DNA of 64,000 nt from positions 66,349 to 130,348 of the forward strand of contig CAMDBI010000004.1 in NCBI GenBank assembly GCA_945889005.1, read 5' to 3'. Each line of letters starts with the position of its first letter. The stretch's first letter is position 1. This document shows, piece by piece, positions 35,501-46,600 of this stretch. This DNA comes from Bacteroides fragilis. Its GTDB lineage: Bacteria; Bacteroidota; Bacteroidia; Bacteroidales; DTGW01. The position numbers and the translations under genes were made by a program. A model generated the notes under the pieces. That model saw only the letters and a program-made list of their open reading frames with translations, made no database searches and was not told where the DNA came from.

Positions 35501-37289
35501 TGTTTCACCTACTACAACTACCACATATACTCTTACTGCAGTTACAGCAGGCGGAATTGCTGGAAGCGTGATTGCGCCATTATCTCAGATAGTTACAGTA
35601 AACCCGATTCCTGTAGTTTCTCTTTCTAGCAGCGATGCCGACAATACCTTCTGTTTAGGCACCAACATCACATTTACAGCCACAGCAGGGCTTTCGAATT
35701 ATCAGTTTCGGGTCAATGGCAGTATTGTTTATACAAGTGCATCACGGACTTACTCTACCAATTCACTTATTAACGGACAATCGGTAGATGTTGTAGCGAC
35801 TCATACTGGTGGGTGTTCCAACATTAGTAACGCAATTGCCAATACTGTAATATCTGTTCCGGCTGCACCTATTTCAATTTCGGGTTCTCCGGCTGTGTGT
35901 AGCAGTACCCTTAATGTACCATATAACATTGTTGCTATACCAGGTGCTTCCAGTTACATTTGGACTGTTCCATCTGGAGCTTCTATAGACGCTCCCGTTA
36001 ACACGGCTGCAATTACTGTCGATTTTGGAACCAACAGCGGCAATATTACTGCTAGAGGTTCCAATACCTGTGGCAATGGTCCAGTTGCCACTCTGGCAGT
36101 TATAGTCTCTGCTGCTTCTCCGGTTGATGAAACAGTAGCTGCGATCGGTGGATCTGCCAGTATTTGTGAAGCAACGGTCAATAGTATTTATACAGTTTCT
36201 GCAGTTACCAATGCTACTGCCTATATTTGGAAATATAGCGGAACTGGTGCATCTCAGTATGGTTCAGGTACAGTAATAGATAATGGCTCAGGTGTTTCTA
36301 TTGGCAGCCCGGGAACTATTGCGATCGACTTTGCCGCAGGTGCTACAAGTGGTACATTGTCTGTTACTGGAACAAACGGATGTAGTACCCAATCTACTCC
36401 TGCTACTTATGCAATAAGCATCAACCCTAAACCAACTGCAACAATTAACCCGGCAACTCCTTCGACCTGCGAAAATATTACAATTGTCGTAAACGGGGTA
36501 CCTGCCGGAGGAAGCGGAACATATACCACACACTTGTGGACAGGCACTGGTGTTGCTTACCTCAACAATGTTAATGCCCAGAGTCCCGATTTCAATAGCA
36601 GTACACCTAATAATTACACCATTACATATACTGTTACCGACAACAACGGCTGTGTCGGTTCAGCCAATGCAACCGCTACAGTATATGCTGCGCCGATGGC
36701 CGACGCTGGTTCCGACTTGGCATCGTGCAATGGATCTGCAAATATAGGTATGGGTGGGGCATCTGCCACAGGATCATATAGTTTAGCTGTTTGGACAAGT
36801 GGAACAGGTTCCTGGTCGCAAAACCCAAGCCCTGAGAACGCTTTGTATACTCCAACTGGGCAAATAGGCTCAACCATAGCGACCCTGACACTGACCGGCA
36901 CCAATGGTTGCCCCAATGCCACCGATACACGAACCATCAATTGGGGTATAGTGCCTTCAATCTCTCTAACTCAATCAAATCCTGAGATTTGTACTGGTAC
37001 TCTTAGTGCAGGATTTACATATTCTGGCACGTCAGGTAATCCCGACCAATACAGTATCGACTATAGTGCAACTGCCGAAGCTCAGACATTTATCGATGTT
37101 AGCAACCAGATTTTGAATCCTGGCTCAATCAATGCAATAGTACCAGGAACTGCTGCTGCAGGAACATATATTGCTGATCTTACCTTGCGTTATGCTCCTG
37201 CAGGTTGTGTGAGTGTTAACTACCCAGTTAATATCGTGATTAAACAAGCTCCGGTTACCGGACCATTGTATCGAAAACCAAATAATTAA
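26517..37289 (+). CDS. Giant secreted surface protein A (3590 aa), with beta-helix-like repeat modules and C-terminal Ig-like repeats. No recognisable T9SS CTD. Ends in the PVTGPLYRKPNN tail.
   Basis: Signal-like LVIHLVLFFLLFNISISFDILNAQ. Four super-modules each open with G-[DN]-W-x(3-7)-W: TWNGGTGNWNTAGNWS, SGDWDNSATWT, AMAWNDGNNWS, SGNWSTAATWT. Asn/Thr/Gly/Ser-rich repeats. About 650 aa of Cys-containing Ig-like repeats (ICNGQS..GTSPWTITYT..TYTLTAV). An alternative start at 26535 is possible. Confidence 0.85.
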   Translation: MCKKKQMNSVFEDLTTYLNNKLVIHLVLFFLLFNISISFDILNAQTTFTWNGGTGNWNTAGNWSKSGGTSTSTWPGQNVNQNDIVIVNSTGTVTINVAFNSNSVQDVSINTGTVTGNNVTCLINGNLSVASGATFNINQTALTVSGATSISGNLTDGNNTGTNTFAGLVTINSGGNLSTATNSVYNFNGGVTNNGTFNQTGTGNITLVVGTTFTNNATATISGSLNFGNSASTFVNGNGASLAYFNTNRLMNTNGTLTATASNNTITYSRNGAQDIINTDYFNLVLAGNNTKTIVGTTTVDGTLTFGGTATLAVGANTMTADAVVRNNAITITISTGIFTVNNDLTLNVADPITFSGAGTLNVTGNLTCGTLTGNTGTINIGGDFSPNAYIINTSTVNANGTTIQTLGPVSYYNLQINGGGTKALSGNTTFSNSLTLNSGFLQLGNYNLTIPNNLSISGTIGSGAFIETNGTGVLIKQGTSIPQFAMIYPVGSGGSYTPVQISSFSATGIISPATISVRSSNSPAAGISGTQPLNRHWVTSSTNFTGSVLANIRFTYALSDVPVGKDANDYEILYNPSGSWIIPLGSSPIGYNPIYSSASNTLNATWSATISEKKTFYSLISGDWDNSATWTLDPSGTQPNNPSNLTPTTSPNAAFDEVVILSGRTVTVNSNSKSNAKLTVLGILNLGTSSGHSFTSILGSGKIRLAGDQFPAGDASDFVSAGQGEGTVEYYGNTFNLSTARTFYNLDIAMTAGNSVFLLSNYTINGNLNVNSGTLSLNNSVATNALTINILGNVSVGASGIIRTGSATARHQLNLYGNFTNNGDVQFTNRVAANYTAEATDGIVDVNFLSSTKDQSVLCNGPSNFYRIEIDKGTDDTYVLNLDANQLSYFNLFGFANENHGSISASQLTNNLNALGLIKGTVRIGNNINIPQLNNSGNYNISESAMLWVDGGTVTKAAGVAIVNYGKIKVSAGILNSLVSSGITLREKGFVYIQGGTTNINQLRTSVISGTHIGGYIQTDGTMNILGGLTDTDYYTFCLTYNNTVFNMSGGTLKVLTSNGRGSVFINSAPENINVTGGHVIVEANTNQNPIITSTAPFWNLSFKNSSGTSRNFVLQDGTLVGATDENLAAQPLKVLNDFRIWGTESGGVGYSAINFRPVTSTTNVNDVYIGGSFYIENGASYSSVFGGTSPYNSLANQPTHKNTTHFYSTTASSGLDTFYYGNSTGTLELGNIEVNRSHGSEVRLVSAAARALESVMVDVNGNISVFSGTLNQHLFSLRTWGSITNNDRLGTWYPGTTPNRAQIQFADNPAFTLNTTTGAIMGNVQFNVTPPSLVTLTSDIVIERVEYVKGLIYLKKYNLKIDELWNMDAGLFENATANSIMKVTNNGLDPGCNSMIFTNGKASDKGLTLKISGNTTVEGFSSILNNTSPISFPIGFTTDGGATLYFRPAQMKVKDFSDDGYVTIRPVSGVLTLTDITGGELLQHYYRVSHAGFSTLPNVAYRFYYRNQNISDVVDKINPATQEINYVPGKVLDQLPYTRSYETHTDDIIKTSDTRLIVFNGTSSGGEFDQDDFVGFLVENANYTAGQINRFAGSPQIFYSRRTGGAMAWNDGNNWSLVGYDGAAAGDYPQAGDVARIKGSAIANSGGRHWYDLNGTFDINTAEIFFDIVSDLTPAPWGPRIQVDVDRTINSTVIRGRGTLYLRVDATNQAMVNADIGDFANTTGSVINYVQSQGNNSTVTIPSNLSEYPRLDFEGESGTGRRIRIAHPATVNYQLAVGQNAILVVDNNVSVKGNIQARDNLDNASIEFGQSGSWTLETMGNLNLGPSGGTYQFDFSVQNSTPSTLTHTLKVHGNVNRNVTGMFDLYNGTGTANNAILELSGTSDASYNYFAGTNPDLYRIVMNKGTDKSNTFTFNNPFTLNGSTNATPKAIELRNGTLVMNHASISFNLTTGGAAFEIPQESGLEMKLGAAFANGNSGILLDGLLKLSGGSLDMSDIGTGGDNFIEYSASGFATIEVSNGTLTVGSQVRRNINSNIGILKYIQSGGSVIVGRNQASIANRGVFEILNSGSKFIMTGGDLYIARAQTAPTLSAFYFNPEDITITSSANIHIGHSSTPASQIIGIYAAANIPKLRVNNTSGNNPIAKLEIVPATITQLFEIDANATFNANGLDLHLEGNMNVLGNFQHNNNNTYFDGSSDQTITGNGSFNFYNLTKTTGNNLILNPVNTNLSIGNKLSLQAGTFTDNGNTITVLGDCENDATHIYGGSGDGIYMNGTQNQNITGNGTFGKITINNLNGINVPVGNQISIANSLKMMSGVIYINKNLLSLLVDATIEQASPFTGYNMIETNISFTDNGVKKVFPSGSTPNFIFPIGSGGKYTPVTFNITANGNSTGSVTVKPANEMHPGIVEDTETSTQIVDKDNALQYYWTLKPSGINAMDATVKMQYASEDLKTTAPYTSADYINAMLRNDGNGNWNKFNDFAAFDETNRELNYSFTGATDNDLYADYTAGAVDIALNGAIPDNVIAYTANSSGNWSTAATWTPNIINGPRGAIARIPAPLSIDITTNAQAVYLTEINGTLNIGTTHSHRLGIVEGNGRLHLEAGELPAGVYDQFFSGSGGTVEFSGSNSYDVLGNTLAVNHLTFTGSGEKRLPNNKLDILGNLLIDGAGLSLNNYHNQKIEIKGNFQRTSATFNAGTGSNATVIFSGTLAQQIQGAMTASNAFNNLEVKNNNGISTNADVEIKGQLKLTSGLINTGSNNFTIKQGASVSPANGLATSFVNGTLTKEMLNGQSFSFPVGNNASNLGTIGLLNVNGPSGLQNWRTTYTYANPNTIGNTDDFLAPVNSVSETEYWRVQAPTGGGSKISIRLDGSSDIANAHASDLYNLRVVGWDPVDARWEVVGSSATVSGTNLFGTVSTSGFVNYGTYSYFTLASVTPVVSGTASITSSNISICNGQSTSIVVSLTGTSPWTITYTANGNPISSPVINSSPYTFAVSPTTTTTYTLTAVTAGGIAGSVIAPLSQIVTVNPIPVVSLSSSDADNTFCLGTNITFTATAGLSNYQFRVNGSIVYTSASRTYSTNSLINGQSVDVVATHTGGCSNISNAIANTVISVPAAPISISGSPAVCSSTLNVPYNIVAIPGASSYIWTVPSGASIDAPVNTAAITVDFGTNSGNITARGSNTCGNGPVATLAVIVSAASPVDETVAAIGGSASICEATVNSIYTVSAVTNATAYIWKYSGTGASQYGSGTVIDNGSGVSIGSPGTIAIDFAAGATSGTLSVTGTNGCSTQSTPATYAISINPKPTATINPATPSTCENITIVVNGVPAGGSGTYTTHLWTGTGVAYLNNVNAQSPDFNSSTPNNYTITYTVTDNNGCVGSANATATVYAAPMADAGSDLASCNGSANIGMGGASATGSYSLAVWTSGTGSWSQNPSPENALYTPTGQIGSTIATLTLTGTNGCPNATDTRTINWGIVPSISLTQSNPEICTGTLSAGFTYSGTSGNPDQYSIDYSATAEAQTFIDVSNQILNPGSINAIVPGTAAAGTYIADLTLRYAPAGCVSVNYPVNIVIKQAPVTGPLYRKPNN

Positions 37290-37462
37290 CTTTTGTCAAT
37301 ACTTTATTTATGTTTGTCAAAAATAGTACTCAGATTATAATTATTCAGATATTTTTACATTAGAAATAATTATTTATTCAACTGCAAGCTGAATTTAATA
37401 TTTTTATTGTAAATTTATTTGTAAAAAAAAGAGATAAAAACTTGAAACTTAAAAAAACAAAA

Positions 37463-37470
37463 TATATTTG
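37463..37470 (+). promoter_or_regulatory. Candidate -7 promoter box (TAnnTTTG) upstream of giant gene B
   Basis: TATATTTG. A second match, TATGTTTG, lies at 37309-37316. Confidence 0.3.
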
Positions 37471-37606
37471 TTAGATTTAAATTATTAAACTAAAATTTAT
37501 CAATAATTTATTGAGTTTCAAGAAACTTTATTCTTATTATTTCGTATTATTTTCTTATTGGAAAACAGATGTCAATGTTAAAACTAAAAAAAGTAGGCAA
37601 ATAATC

Positions 37607-40600
37607 ATGGTCAAGCCATTGCTAAAATATACGATACATTCAAACATTATGCTGCCTGATCTGCAAGGACTTAAGCGGCTTTTGTTGTTATTAATTGGGG
37701 TGGTAGTTTTCGTTGGTGGAGTTTTAGGACAAACAGTTGGCGATTACCAGACTAGAGCATCCGGAAACTGGAATGCAAATACAACATGGCAGGTTTATAC
37801 AGCCGGATCATGGGTAAATTGTAATTCCGGAGATTATCCTGGTGTTGCATCAGGGGCAGGTACAGTTAATATATTAAATAATCATACCGTTACTATTACA
37901 TCTAATGTGCCAAATAGCATAGGCGCATTAAGTATAAATGGGGGAGGTAGTGATTCTTATATTCAATTTAATCCCGGTGTATCTTTAACTGTTACAGGTC
38001 AAACATATTTGAATTCAAATAGCAATAATGATGAGAAATCAATAACTGTTGATGCAGGTATATTTAGTACCGGTTCAATATCGTCAAATTCAGATTCAAA
38101 TGGAGATACTAGAGACGCGTATATAAGAATATCTACAGGTACGGTTACTGTTGATGGAAATATAGATTTGAATAGTACAAGTTTGCGTACATATATCCGT
38201 TTTACAGATAATGGAACTTTAAATGTAGGGGGAACTATTACAGGCGGAGGTATTACAAGTACAGTTGGTGGAGGGGCAAATGCACCCACTTCCGGCACCG
38301 TAAATTACAACAATGCAGCTCAAACAGTAGGGACATATACATACAATAATCTTACTCTTTCAGGTTCAGGGCTTAAAACAACTACCGGAGTAACCGTAAA
38401 TGGGATTCTTTCTATGGAAGGAACAGCTACAGCATCCGTTGTTCCTAATTATGGGACAGGTGCTACTCTTCAATATGCCGGTAGTGCATTACAAACAACC
38501 GGGGTTGAATTTCCAACATCCCCATCAGCTATACCTAATCTTACTATCAATAATGCAAATGGCGTTAATTTAAACAGTTCTAAAACTGTTTCTGGATCTT
38601 TGGATCTAAAACAAGGATCTTTGTCAATTGGAGCCAATACATTGACTCTTAGTGGAACTACAACCCGAAATGCTCCCGGAACAGGTACAATCACTGGAAA
38701 TGCATCTGGAAATATTAGTATTGGTGGAACAGGTGCTTTTGGTACTTTATTTTTTACCGGAGGAAGTAATACTATTAACAATTTAACAATAAATAGGACT
38801 GCATCGGGAACAATTACTTTAGGTACCGATCTGTCAGTTGCCGGTACTTTAACTTCTACTGCGGGTACTATAAACACGGCTTACAATATTAATATTAACA
38901 ATACAGATGCGTGTGGTGCAGGAGTTGTCAATGCTACAGCCGGTACAATTACTTATAGCGGCACAACACAAAATATTATTTCTGGTTCCTATTATATACT
39001 TACAAAGAACAATGCGTCAGCAACTGCAAGTTTATGTAGTAACATTAGAATCAATAATATACTTAATGTAGGTGCCGGTATTATTAACTTAGGAACATAT
39101 AATATTACTATTTCTGAAGGAGCTTCTATTACGGGTGCGTTTAGTACTTCAAATATGCTCCAGACCTCAAGTACAGGTATGTTGATCAAAGAAGGTAATG
39201 CTTCGACAGATTTTACTATGGTTTATCCAGTTGGAACAGTCTCGAACTATACTCCAATGACCATAAGCTCTTTAACCGCAACTGTTGCGGGAACAGGTTC
39301 TGTTTCTGTTCGTGCGGTTGCGGCGGTTGCTCCCGGTCCTCCGGCAGCCAATAGTACCGATTTGCAAAAATATTGGTCAGTTACATCAAACAATCTTTCG
39401 GCAATAAATGCCAATGTAAATTTCGTATATAACAACCCCGGTGAGGTTGGAAGCGGGGGTAATCAGACAATTTATATACCTTATTTATATTCGGGAGCTG
39501 CTTGGAGTATGCCTGCCGGTTCGAGTGCTGCCGGAGTAAATCCATTTTCAGTTACTGGAACAAGTGTATTGACAGGAGTTTGGACAGCTCGCGAAAAACC
39601 CAATATTGTTACTTATTACAGTTATCAGTCGGGTAGTTGGCACAATCCTACAACATGGACTACAGACCCTTCGGGTACACTGTCGGTTAATTCGGCTGTA
39701 CCCGATGCAGACGACAAGGTGGTTGTTCTCAATGGCCGCTTGATTTATACCAATTCAAATGGTATAACAATTGGGTCGACTCAAATTAACGATGGGGGTT
39801 CATTGGATTTAAAAGCTACGATTAATCATAATTTGGGCGATGTTCGAGGTAAAGGTATTTTGCGTTTGCAATCCAATACATTCCCGGCGGGTACATTTAC
39901 CGAATTCGAATCGACTGCCGGGGGTACTGTTGAGTATTACAATAATGCCGATTTCAACATTACGCACGCAAACTACAACAATGTAATCTTCAATATGTCT
40001 GCTTCAAATATTGTTGCATATATTTTAAGCAATATTACTATTAACGGAAACCTTACCATTACAAGAGGTACATTGAATATCAATAACAATTCGGCAACAA
40101 CACGACTTGATGTAACTGTAACCGGAAATGTAACTGTAGCTACCAATGGAAATATAAGAACAGGTACAGGAAGTACAGGAGCTGTTTCGGCTACTTCTGC
40201 ACACCGTTTTATTATTAAAGGAAATTTTACAAACAATGGAACGGCTTACTTTACAAATTTAACTGCTGCTGATTATATTAACTATCAAAACAACCGAGTC
40301 GAAGTAGTTTTTAATAATCCTTATGCTGACCAGAATGTAGTAATAAACGGAGTAACCCGTTTTTACAGAATTGAAATTGATAAAGGTATTGATCAAACTT
40401 ATGTGTTGAATATTGATGCAACGGCAGCCAATTTATTTTATTTGTGGGGTGTAAACAATCGAATGGGCGTTACTCCTTCACCTGATGCTCCCAATATCAG
40501 ACAGGACAATGCATTAGGACTACAGGCCGGAACAGTTCGGTTAGGAAGTAATATTACTCTTCCTTCATTAGCTGAAGAAAATGTTTCCGACGACGATTTA

Positions 40601-43600
40601 AACTATCATGTCGATGAAGATGCCTGTTTATGGATTGATGGAGCAACTGTTACACATACAACAAGTTTCAATGGAGGAAGCTCAAATTCGTTTGTGCTAT
40701 ATGGCAAGTTAAGAATATCAAATCCTGTAAGTTCATTTAATATTAATACTTTACATGGTATTGTGATGCGTGCCAATGCTGCTATTCATATTGAAAACGG
40801 TTCATTATCTGTACCTTGTATAAGAACATCGACAGTTTCCGGAGCTCATAGGGGGTCGTTCAATATGTCCGGAGGAACGTTGACAATCACCGGTAATTTA
40901 AGTGGTAGTGACAGTCATGCAAGTTTCTCATTTACATATCCTCAAATGAGTTTCAGAATGTCGGGAGGGTCGATGGTTATCAATCAGGCCGGTGATGGAG
41001 GAAACGGCTTGGAGAAAAGTTTGGTAATTGGTTCATTAGCAGAGAACAATGAAGTTACCGGTGGAACAATTCGTATCATAGCAGCCAATAGAAATGCAAA
41101 TTTTACAAGCACTGCCCCATTTTGGAATTTGCAAGTAGATGCTGCCAATACAACATATACTTCTCAAATTGTTGATTTTAACGGATCCTCAAGTGCATCG
41201 TCTGTTTTAGCTCAACCATTGATAGTTAAAAACGATTTTACCTTACAAAATTTTGCAGTATTTAATTCCGGTAATCAGAATGTATCTATAGGGCACGATT
41301 TTACAATGAGTGCAAGTTCTGAGTATAACTGCGGCACCAATACCACTACTTTTAATGGCACGGGTGGACAACGTTTTACCAATGCCGGTTCTATTCAAAC
41401 CGGAACAGGTTTAAATAATCTCGCGTTTTCAAACTCGTCAAATACCGATATAATTTCAGCAAATATAGTCGTTAGAGGAAACCTTACTATCGATAACAAT
41501 TGTTATGTAAATGATGTTGGCCGTACAATCTCGGTTACCGGCAATATTACTAATTTGGGTATACATACCAGTCAGGCAGGTGGTGGGATTGAACTTAATG
41601 CAACAACCGATCAAACAATCGGAGGAAATGGAAATGGTTCGTTTGGAACATTGGTTATCAGTAAATCATCCGGAACATGCTCATTTTTAGCCAATCAGTC
41701 TATTTCCGGTAACTTGCGTTTGGCAACAGGTATACTTGATATAGGTATACATAAGCTTACTTTAGCAGCAACATCAAATATATACGATGCTCTTTCGCCT
41801 GCTACCACGGCAATATTTTCAGCTACCAAAATGATTCGTACGGCTGGTAACTTTAGCGATGGCGGTATTAATAAGTCTTACAATGCGACCGGCAGTTTCG
41901 TGTACCCGGTTGGTACTGCAACAGATTATACACCTGCCACTATTACATTTAACACAGCTCCGGTTACATGGGGAAGTGTTACCATAAAACCGGTAACACG
42001 CGATGTACCCTTTGTAACATCAACCACAACATCGTTGAACTATTATTGGGATGTTTCGAGTAACGGAATAACCGGCATTGCTGCAAACGGAGTAAGTCAT
42101 TCATACAAATTTGTCGATGCCGATGTAAGGGAAGCCGTTGCTGGCGATATAAACAGTTATGTTCCGGGGGCATACAGACCCAATAGCTGGAGCTTTATTC
42201 CCGACCCTGCAGAAGTTACTCCTGCACCCGGCAATTTAATCCGATTTAACAATATTAATTATATCGATGGTAGTTTTACTGCCGGACGCACCGATGCTTT
42301 TCAAAGTACGGTAGTGTATTATAGCCGCCAAACAGGCGATTGGGATCAAACATCGACTTGGTCGACCGATAGTGTTGGAGGGCCTATTGCAGGTACTTTA
42401 CCTCAATCGAATACTCCGGTTGTTATTGGGAAAGCTGCTATGAGCCACACAATTACTATGCCTGTCGGGTTCAACAATGTTACTATTGGAAGCTTGCAAA
42501 TAAATGAAAATTCAATTCTCGATATTGCAAGCACTACAGGTCATAACTTTGGTGCAGTACCTTATGGTCAAGTTATTGGTACGGGTACATTACGTATTTC
42601 ATCGGTGGCGAGTTCTGTTGTATTTCCTGATGGCGATTTTGGAAAATTCCTCAATACAGGTGGTGGTACTGTTGAATATTACACAAATGGTACAAATTTT
42701 ACTTTGCCGGATTCTAATTTTTATTATAATAACTTAATACTTAATCCGGCAAACGGGCAGACAATTACAATGCCCAATACCGATTTGCGAATATTCAGAA
42801 CACTAACAAAAACAGGTGCCGGAACATGTAATTTGAACTCTGTAGCAGTCAGAGCATTACAAATAGATACCAATCTGTTAGTTACAACTGGTACATTAAT
42901 GTTTATGAATAATACCTTTGCTCAAACAATTAATGTAAATGGCAACATTGAAGTGAGTAACGGTGCTGTTTTCGATGTAAACAATATTACCAATGCGACC
43001 AATATCATTAACTTAAGCGGCAATTTGGTAAATAATGGTACATTCAGAATGTACAACGGCAATAGTGCCAGGGTTTGTAATGTCAATTTTATTGGCAATG
43101 TCGATAAACAAATAAGTGGGAGTGGAGCTACTACGCAATTTAACATTTTAACAGTAAACAAAGGGGAGTCGCGCAATACAATTTTAGATGTAACTGCATC
43201 GAACCTTGCATTAAATACAACATTAGCAACAGCACTTATATTGAACAATGGAACATTCCGATTGTCGAGTCCGACTGTTTCGTTAACATTGGCAAATTCG
43301 GGTTCATTCAGAGTTCCAAACACGGGATGCCTTTCGGCAAATGGCGGAACTATTAATATTGGGGGGGCGGCAGCTACCAATGCTACCGATTTGTATCTCG
43401 ATGGTCGATTAGAAGTATATGCAGGAACTGTAAATATAGGAACCTTAGGCAACAATTTGAATAACGATATTGAATACTCGTCGGCTGGTAGTCCTGAATT
43501 GGTTGTTTCGGGTACAGGTATCCTTTTTGTTAATGGGCAAATACGTAGGCCTTTAACTATTACAACAGGTTCGTTGCGATATACACAAGGAGGCTCATCG

Positions 43601-46600
43601 GTGGTAACAGTCGATGGTCGAAACTTTGCAAATACGCGTGCAATGTTAGAAATACTCAACAGTGGTAGTTCTTTCACGATGTCAGGCGGTACGCTCAATA
43701 TTTCAAGAAACTTCAACAATACGCTTTATCCCGAATTATATCTTTCGCCTGAAACATATTCTGTATCGGGTGGTACAGTTCGTATAGGGTCGTCTAATGC
43801 TGGTAATAATACACAATTTAATATACTTTCGTCGGCACCACTTTACAATTTTACAGTAGATGCAACAACCACAAACAAAAATGTAAATCTGAAAATATAC
43901 CCACTTACTGTATTAAACAATTTTATTATAGAAGGCAATTCTGTGTTTAAGGCAAATGGCTTGGATGTCAATATTGCAGGGTCATTAACAAATAACAATA
44001 CCGACAACTCTACAGGAATCAATAATGGCGGTTATCAATCGGGTTCACTTTCTCAAAACACAACATTTAACGGAAGCGTTGCTCAATCAATTTCAGGCGT
44101 TACAAACAATGTTACCAATTTTGCTAATCTTATCAATGCATCTACCGGAAGTGTATCTTTAAATACAAACACTGCACTGAGAGTTAATAACAATTTAACA
44201 CTCAATAGTGGTAGTCTTTCGGATGGTGGAAATAACATAACAGTTGTTGGCGATATTGTAAACAGAGCAACACACAGTAGTTTATCGAGTAGTGGTGGTA
44301 TAGTAATGGCCGGTGCTATACGTCAATCAATATCGGGTAGCGGGCATGGAACTTTTGGCAATTTAGAATTGAATAATATTCTGAATGTCGATTTAAAAGA
44401 CAACATGAGTATCGATGGCGTGTTGCGTTTTACTGCAGGTTCGCTATATATCGACGATTACAGATTGACATTAGGGGTAAATTCTTCAATTGCTGGAACC
44501 ACCGACGATACAAAAATGATTATTGTCAATGGTGTTATTTCTGATGCCGGTGTTAGAAAGGTTTTCCCTTTAAACAATAGTTTCTTTATATACCCGATTG
44601 GAGTTGCCGGAAAATATACCCCTGTAACCTATCGATTCCTCTCTAATACAAATAACAATGCATACATCGATGTAAGACCGGTAAATCTGGCCAATCCGGC
44701 CAATAATAATGCTGTTGGCGACGAGTTGAATTACTATTGGTATGTTACTTCCTCCGGTTTTGCAGGTGCTTATTCGTTGAACCATACATACAAATATCTA
44801 AATGCAGATGTTAGTGGCACTGAAAGTGAATATTTAGCCGGCCGATATGTTTCAGGGGCTTGGGCTCCAGTAGGTGGAATATCGGGCGCTGTCGACGCAA
44901 CTGCAGATTCCATTCATTTGGCTTCAGTCAATTATATCGATGGTGAATATACTGCTGGTGCAACCGGAAATTTTTATGTTAAACCGACTTTGTACAGTAT
45001 GGTTGCATCTGGTAACTGGTTTGACGGAACCAAATGGTCAACTACCGGACATACAGGCCCAACTTGTAATTGTGTGCCCGATGGTAATCCGGTTATTATT
45101 CAAGCTGGCCACAGTGTTACTTTGAACAACAACAGTGCTTCTGCTTATTCGGTCGAGCTAAACGGTTTACTCAATATTGGTCAAACGGTGTTTCACAGTT
45201 TGGGGCATGTTACCGGTGGAGGCAAAATGGATCTGACCTCGACCGCTGAAGGTGTATATGTATTCCCTGGTGGTGAATTCTTTGGTTTTATGGCAAACTC
45301 AACAAGTACTTTGGAGTTTTCGGGAAACAACGCTGCTTCATTACCACTAAAACCTGGTAATTATTATAAACCTTATCAGAATGTTATATTAAGTGGAACT
45401 GGCTCCAAACAAATAAGTGCAGAAAATTTAAAAATTCTTGGCGATTTAACTATAAATGATGGAACAACATTAGATAATTCGTTATTCAATAAAGATATTT
45501 CAATATCAGGCGATTGGAACGACTTAAATTCAGGTGTTTCAGGTGGTTTTATTTCCGGTACGGGAAGTGTGAGTTTTGATGGTTCTGATAATCAGTTAAT
45601 TAATATAAGTAATCCGACAACTGAAGAAAAATTTTATAATTTACAAATCAACAATACAGGTTCTACTGGAGTTACGATTAGCGGGGGAGGAGATATAGGA
45701 GTTGCCGGAATACTCTATTTAACAGATGGAAACCTTATTACTACAACAAATAATATTTTAAATATTTCGTCTACTGGCAATAACACTATTGTAGGGGGCG
45801 GTAATTCGTCGTTTGTCGATGGCCCGATGCAGAAAAATATGATTGCCGGCTCTTCTTTCAATTTCCCGATTGGCGATGGATTGGTCTATGGCAATGCTGT
45901 CATTTCCAATGTGTCAGTATCGGGATATTATTTATTTGAATATATCAACCACAATCCGGGCAACGATACTTACAATCCTTCAACAAAGACAGCACCAATC
46001 GACGTGGTGAGCAATGTAGAATATTGGCACTTGTTGGGTCCTGGGAGTGCAGCCGGCGATGTAACTCTTCGATGGAACAGCGCAAGTGGCATAATACCTT
46101 CGAATGTAGCCGGTAGAACCAAATTAAGAGTAGTAGAATGGAACAGCTCGTGGGAAAACAGGGGGGCTACCATAAACGATGGTGGCACAAGTTCGGGAAC
46201 TATTCGTACAAACATAAGTCCTATTCCGACTTTGGCCGGTGACCATTATTTTACTATTGGCCTCGAAAGTTTACCAACAGCTACTATTACAAGTGGCAAT
46301 GCAAGTATATGCGACGATGGTTCTTCGACCAATATCTCTATAGCTTTGACCGGTACAGCTCCCTGGACAATTAAGTACAGAATAAACGGTGCCAACGAAA
46401 CTACAAGCCCTCCAATAGGCTCGTCGCCTTATCTGTTGGCTATTTCAAACGCTATACCTGCTTTAAGCACAGGCGGTCCTGGTTCATATATTTTTAATGT
46501 GTCGTATGTTTCAGATGCTACCGGAAGTTCAGGTATTCAAAATTTTGTAACTACAGCAACTATTACACTGAACGAATCGCCCAATCCGGTTATTGCTGGT

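Noticed and set aside
37251-37286. Reading the PVTGP tail as a sortase LPXTG-like or other CTERM sorting signal
   Set aside because: Sortase, PEP-CTERM and GlyGly-CTERM signals are followed by a hydrophobic helix and a basic tail. Here the protein stops 7 residues after the TG, and the organism is a diderm Bacteroidota. The tail is kept as a finding but not under that interpretation.
37511-37606. TTG start for giant gene B as given in the ORF track
   Set aside because: The first 32 residues (MSFKKLYSYYFVLFSYWKTDVNVKTKKSRQII) do not resemble a signal peptide and lie in an AT-rich leader. ATG 37607 or 37649 places a normal signal peptide at the N-terminus. The exact start remains uncertain.
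42922-43719. 265-aa antisense ORF inside giant gene B (likewise 38470..38877, 37999..38298, 27356..27658, 36614..36940 and other minus-strand ORFs inside both giants)
   Set aside because: They lie fully within far longer sense ORFs that have coherent repeats and motifs. Their products are low-complexity (P/V/L/F-rich) mirror translations of N/T/G-rich codons. There are no independent start or terminator signals.
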